DNA of 18,599 nucleotides from a virus (Duplodnaviria; Heunggongvirae; Uroviricota; Caudoviricetes): IMG/VR virus record IMGVR_UViG_2547132252_000005, positions 1 to 18,599 of that record; one strand, 5' to 3'. Shown piece by piece: positions 6,763 to 13,714 of this stretch (position 1 is its first letter; each line of letters starts with the position of its first letter). The notes under the pieces were generated by a model. It saw only the letters and a program-made list of their open reading frames with translations, ran no database searches and was not told where the DNA came from. The position numbers and the translations under genes were made by a program.

Positions 6763-6793
6763 AAATAATTTGTTTCTAAACGACTAAAATATG

Positions 6794-6834
6794 GAGGCTC
6801 TTATATTTATATGAGCCTCGTTTTATGCTTTTTG
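6794..6834 (+). terminator. Possible intrinsic terminator after emrE
   Basis: 7-bp stem GAGGCTC (6794-6800) / GAGCCTC (6813-6819) followed by a T-rich tract (GTTTTATGCTTTTTG). The 12-nt loop is large, hence low confidence. Confidence 0.35.
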
Positions 6835-7017
6835 TTAATGTCCTTATTTTTTATGTATTCTTTTGTGCTTTCAAGATTATGGCGTAAGAAAATTGCAATA
6901 CGATTATTGTTGTATATTCAAGATAATGTGATCTTAATTGTCTTTTTAAATAAAAATTAAACAAAAATTATATCCCACCACTAAGGTTTATAAAAGCATA
7001 CGTTAGCAGGTGTCACC

Positions 7018-8544
7018 ATGAAAAAAGCCATAGCATATATGCGATTTTCATCACCAGGTCAGATGTCTGGCGACTCATTAAACCGACAGAGAAGACTTAT
7101 TGCTGAATGGTTAAAGGTAAATAGTGATTATTATCTTGATACCATAACATATGAAGATTTAGGATTAAGTGCATTCAAAGGAAAGCATGCACAATCAGGA
7201 GCTTTTTCGGAATTTTTAGATGCTATAGAGCATGGTTATATATTGCCAGGAACTACATTGTTAGTTGAAAGTCTGGACAGACTTTCAAGAGAAAAAGTCG
7301 GTGAAGCGATTGAACGTCTGAAATTGATTTTGAATCACGGTATTGATGTTATAACTCTTTGCGACAATACAGTCTATAATATTGACTCTTTGAATGAGCC
7401 ATATTCATTAATAAAAGCCATACTTATAGCACAAAGGGCAAATGAAGAAAGCGAGATAAAGTCAAGTCGGGTTAAATTATCATGGAAGAAAAAACGGCAG
7501 GATGCACTGGAATCAGGTACGATTATGACGGCGTCTTGTCCGAGATGGCTCTCCTTAGATGACAAAAGAACGGCTTTTGTTCCAGACCCCGACAGGGTGA
7601 AAACTATTGAGCTAATTTTTAAACTCAGGATGGAAAGGCGCTCATTGAATGCAATAGCCAAGTATTTAAATGATCATGCTGTAAAGAATTTCTCAGGAAA
7701 AGAAAGTGCATGGGGACCTTCTGTAATTGAAAAATTATTAGCGAATAAAGCTCTGATAGGTATATGCGTACCTTCATATCGTGCAAGAGGGAAAGGGATA
7801 AGTGAAATCGCTGGCTATTATCCCAGAGTCATATCAGATGATTTGTTTTACGCTGTACAGGAAATTCGGTTGGCACCTTTTGGTATTAGCAATAGTAGCA
7901 AGAATCCTATGCTAATAAATCTACTTCGAACAGTTATGAAGTGTGAGGCTTGTGGTAATACCATGATTGTTCATGCGGTATCTGGAAGTTTGCATGGCTA
8001 TTATGTTTGTCCGATGAGAAGATTACATCGATGTGACAGGCCATCAATAAAAAGAGATTTGGTTGATTATAATATCATTAATGAATTGCTTTTTAATTGT
8101 AGCAAAATTCAACCAGTTGAAAACAAGAAAGATGCTAATGAAACTTTAGAGTTAAAAATTATTGAGCTTCAGATGAAAATTAATAATTTAATCGTTGCAT
8201 TGTCTGTCGCGCCTGAAGTTACCGCTATAGCAGAGAAAATAAGACTATTAGATAAGGAATTACGAAGGGCTTCGGTATCATTGAAAACTTTGAAGAGTAA
8301 AGGTGTAAATTCATTCAGTGATTTTTATGCTATTGACTTAACCAGTAAAAATGGACGAGAGTTATGCCGTACACTTGCCTATAAAACATTCGAAAAAATC
8401 ATAATTAATACGGATAATAAAACCTGTGATATCTATTTTATGAATGGCATTGTTTTTAAACACTATCCTTTAATGAAAGTAATATCTGCCCAGCAGGCGA
8501 TAAGTGCTCTCAAATATATGGTTGATGGTGAGATTTATTTCTAA
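7018..8544 (+). CDS. ybcK: Large serine recombinase (resolvase/invertase N-terminal catalytic domain, recombinase domain, zinc ribbon); DLP12 YbcK-like
   Basis: 508 aa. N-terminal AYMRFSSPGQ with the catalytic Ser, and a Cys cluster (CEACGN...CPMRRLHRC). Length and position after emrE match YbcK of E. coli DLP12. AT-rich. Confidence 0.85.
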   Translation: MKKAIAYMRFSSPGQMSGDSLNRQRRLIAEWLKVNSDYYLDTITYEDLGLSAFKGKHAQSGAFSEFLDAIEHGYILPGTTLLVESLDRLSREKVGEAIERLKLILNHGIDVITLCDNTVYNIDSLNEPYSLIKAILIAQRANEESEIKSSRVKLSWKKKRQDALESGTIMTASCPRWLSLDDKRTAFVPDPDRVKTIELIFKLRMERRSLNAIAKYLNDHAVKNFSGKESAWGPSVIEKLLANKALIGICVPSYRARGKGISEIAGYYPRVISDDLFYAVQEIRLAPFGISNSSKNPMLINLLRTVMKCEACGNTMIVHAVSGSLHGYYVCPMRRLHRCDRPSIKRDLVDYNIINELLFNCSKIQPVENKKDANETLELKIIELQMKINNLIVALSVAPEVTAIAEKIRLLDKELRRASVSLKTLKSKGVNSFSDFYAIDLTSKNGRELCRTLAYKTFEKIIINTDNKTCDIYFMNGIVFKHYPLMKVISAQQAISALKYMVDGEIYF

Positions 8545-8742
8545 ATAATGATCTCGGATTTTAAGTTATGCTATGATGATAAAGTGCAAGACAGAATTAA
8601 TTATCTTTAACGAAACTTAATGGGTAATTACTTTGTTTGCTCCCACAAGCGAGTTTTGTACGGCTGTATTGGGGTAGTAAATGAGCTATACAATCTTAAT
8701 CATTTGTTAGGTGAGAACTCTTGGTCGCAGATTCAAATACTG

Positions 8743-8792
8743 AAAATACGTGACAAATTATTATGAGCAAAATGGTGTATGTCACGTATTTT
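8743..8792. repeat. 13-bp perfect inverted repeat AAAATACGTGACA / TGTCACGTATTTT with 24-bp spacer
   Basis: Arms at 8743-8755 and 8780-8792, read directly from the sequence, about 200 bp downstream of ybcK in an AT-rich intergenic region. Confidence 0.6.
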
Positions 8793-9008
8793 GAATGGTA
8801 GGTTAAAAAATAACACCGACTTTCGTAGGTATTACTAATAATAAAGCAGAGTTTTTAGATAGTATCAATGTGCTTTGTGTATATTGTGGCAAATAATTGG
8901 GTTGGGGGTACAATTGTGATTGCTTTTGCATGAACATTGCGCCTTTATGCATAATGAGATAAAGGAATATCAAATAAAATAACGATAGGTCATAACAAAG
9001 AGGTTTTT

Positions 9009-9560
9009 ATGAAAACACTTATCGTTTCAACTGTATTGGCATTCATAACATTTTCTGCGCAGGCTGCAGCATTTCAGGTCGCTAGTAATGAAATAAAAAC
9101 AGGAGAGCAACTTACAACGTCTCATGTCTTTTCTGGATTTGGGTGTGAAGGTGGTAATACATCGCCCTCATTAACCTGGTCTGGTGTTCCTGAAGGTACC
9201 AAAAGCTTTGCCGTAACTGTATATGATCCAGATGCACCTACAGGCAGTGGTTGGTGGCATTGGACTGTTGTTAATATTCCAGCAACAGTAACATATTTGC
9301 CCGTTGATGCAGGGAGACGTGATGGAACAAAACTGCCGACTGGTGCTGTTCAAGGCCGAAATGATTTTGGCTATGCTGGGTTTGGTGGCGCATGTCCTCC
9401 TAAAGGAGATAAACCACATCATTACCAGTTTAAAGTATGGGCTCTAAAAACTGAAAAGATTCCTGTAGATTCTAACTCCAGCGGAGCGTTAGTTGGTTAT
9501 ATGCTTAATGCTAATAAAATCGCAACCGCTGAGATAACACCAGTTTATGAGATAAAGTAG
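9009..9560 (+). CDS. ybcL: YbcL, periplasmic PEBP/RKIP-family protein with signal peptide
   Basis: 183 aa with an N-terminal signal peptide (MKTLIVSTVLAFITFSAQAAA) and PEBP-like motifs (YDPDAP, HHY). Matches DLP12 YbcL in length and sequence as I recall. Confidence 0.85.
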   Translation: MKTLIVSTVLAFITFSAQAAAFQVASNEIKTGEQLTTSHVFSGFGCEGGNTSPSLTWSGVPEGTKSFAVTVYDPDAPTGSGWWHWTVVNIPATVTYLPVDAGRRDGTKLPTGAVQGRNDFGYAGFGGACPPKGDKPHHYQFKVWALKTEKIPVDSNSSGALVGYMLNANKIATAEITPVYEIK

Positions 9561-9569
9561 GGTGAGAGT

Positions 9570-10367
9570 ATGCTGGCAAGAGGTAAGACTAACTTAAAGA
9601 TCGAAGAAATACGGATGCATAAACATCATGAGATTCATAGGGTTAAGCCTCTTATGCCAGCTTTGTGTCGTATCCGTCAGGGAAAGAAAGTTATCAATTG
9701 GGAGACGCATACTTTAACTGTTGATAATAATCAAATAATATTATTTCCTTGTGGTTATGAATTTTATATTGAGAATTATCCTGAAGCAGGGCTTTATCTT
9801 GCAGAAATGCTTTACTTACCCATTGATTTAATTGAGAGTTTCCAAAAGCTTTATACGGTAACTGATCAAATACGTAACAAAACAAGTTTCTTTTTACCTC
9901 AGAATCCTGAGTTAATATATTGTTGGGAGCAACTAAAAACATCTGTTTCCCGAGGCTTCTCAACTAAAATTCAGGAGCACTTAGCAATGGGCGTTCTACT
10001 TTCGTTAGGAGTGAATCATGTTAATCATTTACTTTTATCATATAGTAAACAATCATTGATAAGTCGTTGTTATAACCTGCTGCTATCCGAACCCGGCACA
10101 AAATGGACAGCAAACAAGGTTGCTCGATATCTCTACATTTCTGTTTCTACATTACATCGCCGTCTAGCAAGCGAGGGGGTAAGTTTCCAAAGTATACTGG
10201 ACGATGTGAGGTTAAATAATGCGTTGTCTGCTATACAAACGACGGTAAAACCTATAAGCGAGATTGCCAGAGAAAATGGTTATAAGTGTCCTTCGCGTTT
10301 TACTGAAAGATTTCATAATCGTTTTAATATAACACCAAGAGAGATAAGAAAAGCTTCCAGAGAGTAA
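9570..10367 (+). CDS. ybcM: AraC/XylS-family transcriptional regulator (YbcM-like)
   Basis: 265 aa with a C-terminal AraC-type HTH ([40 protein letters not shown]). Starts 9 bp after ybcL. Confidence 0.8.
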
Positions 10368-10483
10368 AAGTGTTTTAAGAAGGAGCAATTCTATCGATTT
10401 TGATTTTGGGAAATCAACACGGCATAATTATGTCACCGGAGCCTGAACAACTCCGGTGACTTCTGCGCTAAACGGGGACGTTT

Positions 10484-10585
10484 ATGCGCACATACAATCC
10501 AAACTCTCTTCTCCCTTCACAGATGCAGAAATGCACCTGCAATTCTTTGCATCTAGCGTTTGACCTCTGCGGAGGTGAAGCGTGA
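10484..10585 (+). CDS. ylcH: Small protein YlcH-like (33 aa)
   Basis: ATG at 10484 translates [33 protein letters not shown]; the stop overlaps the ybcN start. Length and position match DLP12 ylcH. Below the ORF-track threshold. Confidence 0.4.
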
Positions 10586-11037
10586 ACCTCTCACAAGACG
10601 GCATCAAATTACATCGCGGCAACTTCACCGCTATCGGTCGGCAGATCCAGCCTTATCTGGAGGAGGGCAAATGCTTTCGCATGGTGCTTAAACCGTGGCG
10701 TGAGAAACGCAGTCTTTCCCAGAATGCACTCAGCCACATGTGGTACAGCGAAATCAGTGAATACCTCATCAGCAGGGGTAAAACGTTCGCCACTCCAGCT
10801 TGGGTAAAAGATGCTCTCAAACACACATATCTCGGTTATGAAACCAAAGACCTGGTTGATGTCGTAACCGGTGATATCACCACTATCCAGTCGTTACGCC
10901 ATACCTCCGATCTTGATACCGGAGAGATGTATGTCTTCCTGTGTAAGGTTGAAGCCTGGGCGATGAATATTGGTTGCCATCTGACTATTCCGCAGAGCTG
11001 CGAGTTCCAGCAGCTCCGTGACAAGCAGGAGGCGTAA
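10582..11037 (+). CDS. ybcN: NinB-family protein (YbcN-like)
   Basis: 151 aa with a GTG start. The [16 protein letters not shown] region parallels lambda NinB (SLDQNRKLWACLGDVS). First gene of a tightly coupled nin-type block. Confidence 0.8.
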
Positions 11038-11207
11038 TGGCTACACCGCTTATTCGTGTCATGAACGGACACATCTACAGAGTATCAAATCGTCGTAAGC
11101 GTAAGCCTGAGCTGAAGCCATCCGAAATACCAACACTGCTCGGATATACCGCTAGCCTGGTTGATAAAAAATGGTTGCGACTGGCAGCAAGGAGGAATCA
11201 TGGCTGA
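11037..11207 (+). CDS. ninE: NinE-family small protein (56 aa)
   Basis: ATG overlaps the ybcN stop (TAATG). Product [56 protein letters not shown] resembles lambda NinE (RNKRKP ... WLRRR). Below the track threshold. Confidence 0.65.
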   Translation: MATPLIRVMNGHIYRVSNRRKRKPELKPSEIPTLLGYTASLVDKKWLRLAARRNHG

Positions 11208-11490
11208 TTTGAGAAAAGCAGCGCGTGGTCGGGAATGCCAGGTAAGAATCCCTGGCGTATGTAATGGCAATTCTGAAACGTCTGTACTGGCACATATCCG
11301 GCTGGCTGGATTGTGCGGTACCGGTATCAAACCGCCAGACCTGATTGCCACCATTGCATGTTCTGCCTGCCACGACGAAATCGACCGCCGCACACATTTT
11401 GTCGATGCTGCATATGCAAAAGAATGCGCGCTGGAAGGTATGGCGAGAACACAGGTTATCTGGCTGAAAGAGGGGGTTATTAAGGCGTGA
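11200..11490 (+). CDS. ybcO: YbcO-like Cys-rich protein (DUF1364, putative nuclease), 96 aa
   Basis: [24 protein letters not shown]...[11 protein letters not shown], with AGGAGG 5 nt upstream of the ATG at 11200. The track's 11161 start is an upstream extension. Confidence 0.82.
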   Translation: MADLRKAARGRECQVRIPGVCNGNSETSVLAHIRLAGLCGTGIKPPDLIATIACSACHDEIDRRTHFVDAAYAKECALEGMARTQVIWLKEGVIKA

Positions 11491-11849
11491 ATACCTACAG
11501 TATCACATTACCCTGGCCTCCGAGCAATAATCGCTATTACCGCCATAATCGCGGGCGCACGCACGTCAGTGCAGAGGGGCAGGCATACCGCGATAACGTC
11601 GCCCGAATCATTAAAAACGCAATGCTGGATATCGGCCTGGCTATGCCTGTGAAAATCCGCATTGAGTGCCACATGCCGGATCGCCGTCGCCGTGACCTGG
11701 ATAATCTGCAAAAAGCCGCTTTTGACGCACTCACTAAAGCAGGTTTCTGGCTGGATGATGCTCAGGTCGTTGATTACCGCGTTGTGAAGATGCCTGTTAC
11801 CAAAGGTGGGAGGCTGGAACTGACCATCACCGAAATGGGGAATGAATGA
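11487..11849 (+). CDS. rusA: RusA Holliday-junction resolvase
   Basis: 120 aa; [18 protein letters not shown]...[11 protein letters not shown] matches RusA as I recall it. GTG start overlapping the ybcO stop. Confidence 0.9.
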   Translation: MNTYSITLPWPPSNNRYYRHNRGRTHVSAEGQAYRDNVARIIKNAMLDIGLAMPVKIRIECHMPDRRRRDLDNLQKAAFDALTKAGFWLDDAQVVDYRVVKMPVTKGGRLELTITEMGNE

Positions 11850-11986
11850 TGTTTGAGTTTAATATGGCAGAACTTCTTCGCCACCGCTGGGGGCGTCTGC
11901 GCTTATATCGTTTCCCCGGTTCTGTTTTGACCGATTACCGAATACTGAAGAATTACGCCAAAACCCTGACAGGAGCAGGAGTATGA
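11846..11986 (+). CDS. ylcG: YlcG-like small protein (46 aa)
   Basis: ATGATG start overlapping the rusA stop; product [46 protein letters not shown]. Below the track threshold. Confidence 0.5.
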   Translation: MMFEFNMAELLRHRWGRLRLYRFPGSVLTDYRILKNYAKTLTGAGV

Positions 11987-12071
11987 AGTCAGAGATAACA
12001 ATCAACTAATACTGTTTTGTTGATTTTTGCTTGTAATTGGCGTTCTGGTCTGATTTTTGTGGAGTAAGTTG

Positions 12072-12506
12072 ATGCGTGATATTCAGATGGTTCTTGAGCG
12101 TTGGGGAGCGTGGGCGGCTAATAATCATGAAGATGTGACCTGGTCGTCCATTGCCGCCGGTTTTAAGGGACTGATCCCCGAAAAAGTAAAATCACGCCCG
12201 CAGTGCTGTGACGATGATGCGATGGTGATATGCGGGTGTATAGCCCGCCTTTACCGGAACAATCGCGATCTGCATGACTTGCTGGTTGATTATTACGTGT
12301 TGGGGGAGACGTTCATGGCGCTGGCACGGAAACATGGGTGCTCTGACACCTGTATAGGTAAACGCCTTCACAAAGCGGAGGGGATTGTTGAAGGCATGCT
12401 GATGATGCTGGGAGTGAGGCTTGAGATGGATCGGTATGTTGAGCGTGAATTGCCGGGAGGGAGAACCTCTGTATTTTATCAGCGAAAAAATAGTTTACGA
12501 TCGTAA
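12072..12506 (+). CDS. quuD: Late-gene antiterminator Q (QuuD-like)
   Basis: [24 protein letters not shown]... with a Cys-rich region ([12 protein letters not shown]). GGAG lies 7 nt before the ATG at 12072; the track's 12057 is a TTG extension. Last gene before the late regulatory region. Confidence 0.8.
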   Translation: MRDIQMVLERWGAWAANNHEDVTWSSIAAGFKGLIPEKVKSRPQCCDDDAMVICGCIARLYRNNRDLHDLLVDYYVLGETFMALARKHGCSDTCIGKRLHKAEGIVEGMLMMLGVRLEMDRYVERELPGGRTSVFYQRKNSLRS

Positions 12507-12556
12507 AAATCTGCATATCATGATAAGAGTGGTTACATTGCCACGCTGCTTATTAA

Positions 12557-12579
12557 CCCGCCGATGCGCGGGTTTTTTT
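12557..12579 (+). terminator. Intrinsic terminator just downstream of Q
   Basis: Stem CCCGC (12557-12561) / GCGGG (12568-12572) with a 6-nt loop, followed by T7 (12573-12579). Confidence 0.55.
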
Positions 12580-12759
12580 GTACCCAGAATCCTGTGAGCT
12601 ATACGGAAAGTACACAGAAAGGAAGGTGCGACCACAATTAATAACAAAATCTTAAAAATTGCACATGGCACTATTAGTTTTCTAAATATTGTGTATTTTT
12701 TGTATTGCAGGATGACCCTGTAACGAAGTTTGCGTAACAGCATTTTGCTCTACGAGTTT

Positions 12760-12788
12760 GCCAGCCTCCCCCAGTGGCTGGCTTTTTT
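12760..12788 (+). terminator. Intrinsic terminator; candidate tR' of a short pR' transcript
   Basis: 7-bp stem GCCAGCC (12760-12766) / GGCTGGC (12776-12782), 9-nt loop, then T6 (12783-12788). A candidate promoter (TTGCAC 12659-12664, TAAATA 12683-12688) lies about 100 bp upstream. Confidence 0.55.
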
Positions 12789-12790
12789 AT

Positions 12791-12910
12791 GTCCGTAGCG
12801 TCAAAGCAGCAATGTCGCTGGGGCGTCGTGCAATTGGCGTTGAGCTGGAGACTGAACGTTTTGAGCAGACGGTCAGGGAAGTTCAGGATTTAGTCAGTCA
12901 GAACGGATGA
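12791..12910 (+). pseudogene. 3'-terminal remnant of a DNA methyltransferase gene (last ~37 codons)
   Basis: In-frame translation ...SVKAAMSLGRRAIGVELETERFEQTVREVQDLVSQNG* resembles the extreme C-terminus of PF01555-type N6/N4 methylases (LGR-x-(F/A)IG-(I/V)-E). The upstream FxGSGTT motif is absent and the frame has no start. Confidence 0.35.
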
Positions 12911-12950
12911 TATTGCAGGATTAGTTACGTACCGTTATTATCCTGCGCCC

Positions 12951-13026
12951 GGCCCTTTAGCTCAGTGGTGAGAGCGAGCGACTCATAATCGCCAGGTCGC
13001 TGGTTCAAATCCAGCAAGGGCCACCA
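12951..13026 (+). tRNA. ileZ: tRNA with CAU anticodon, tRNA-Ile2 (lysidine) type
   Basis: Hand-folded cloverleaf: acceptor GGCCCTT / AAGGGCC, discriminator A, encoded CCA, anticodon loop CT-CAT-AA. Close to E. coli tRNA-Ile2 as I recall it. Confidence 0.8.
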
Positions 13027-13035
13027 TATCACATA

Positions 13036-13112
13036 CCGCCATTAGCTCATCAGGACAGAGCGCCAGCCTTCGAAGCTGGTTGCGCGGGGTTCGGGTCCCC
13101 GATGGCGGTCCA
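13036..13112 (+). tRNA. argN: tRNA-Arg (anticodon UCG)
   Basis: Acceptor CCGCCAT / ATGGCGG, anticodon stem CCAGC / GCTGG with loop CT-TCG-AA, T-arm CGGGG-TTCGGGT-CCCCG, encoded CCA. Confidence 0.75.
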
Positions 13113-13125
13113 TTATCGGTATTCA

Positions 13126-13202
13126 GCGTTGTTAGCTCAGCCGGACAGAGCAATTGCCTTCTAAGCAATCGGTCACTGGTCCGAATCCAGTACAACGCGC
13201 CA
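13126..13202 (+). tRNA. argO: tRNA-Arg (anticodon UCU)
   Basis: Acceptor GCGTTGT / ACAACGC, anticodon stem ATTGC / GCAAT with loop CT-TCT-AA, T-arm ACTGG-TCCGAAT-CCAGT, encoded CCA. Confidence 0.8.
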
Positions 13203-13472
13203 CACCACACTTATCTGCCCTGACTCTCTTTTGCGGGCTTTTTATTACAGGAAAGACACCGGACAGTGAAATGTTAAATGCCTCACAATTCAGGCAGTTG
13301 AATGTTGCCTGACATGCTGAGCGTTTGTTAAAAAAATTTCGCATGGTGAATCCCCCTGTGCGGAGGGGCAATCAGCAACCAGGTATATGTGATAATCGCG
13401 GATTCAGGTGCTGATACTGAATTCACCGGGAGGCACCCGGCACCATGCAAGAAAAAGAATGTGCATGCAAAC

Positions 13473-13499
13473 ATGCCCCTCTCCGGAGGGGCATTTTTT
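13473..13499 (+). terminator. Intrinsic terminator between the tRNA cluster and the esterase gene
   Basis: 8-bp stem ATGCCCCT (13473-13480) / AGGGGCAT (13487-13494), loop CTCCGG, followed by a T-run through 13499. Confidence 0.55.
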
Positions 13500-13714
13500 A
13501 TGGGTAAAAAATGCCCGAATGGGTTCGGGCAATAGCATGAGATACTGATATTGTTGTGTTGTTATCGTGTGGATTTTAACCAGGGTTTATCAGGCTGCGC
13601 AACTGCGTGGCCTTTTTTCATTTCTTGGGCTGTAGTCCCCGTGTGTCATTCAGGCTTCCGGACTACAGCCCACTCCATATCTGATTTAATACACTATCCC
13701 GGCCGGGAGGAATA

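Noticed and set aside
7374-12743. Antisense or overlapping track ORFs in the nin/Q region (7374..7661, 9171..9422, 9694..9963, 10609..10824, 10836..11072, 11085..11393, 11152..11397, 11508..11711, 11537..11734, 12313..12516, 12495..12743)
   Set aside because: Each overlaps a confidently identified gene or falls in the terminator-rich late regulatory region without an RBS; none shows family-like sequence.
12983-13371. Minus-strand ORFs 12983..13210 and 13132..13371 across the tRNA cluster
   Set aside because: They run antisense through three well-folded tRNA genes; spurious.
13203-13714. Shiga toxin genes (stxA/stxB) expected between the tRNAs and the esterase
   Set aside because: No ORF of appropriate size and no StxA- or StxB-like translation in any frame; the interval is non-coding hairpin-rich DNA.
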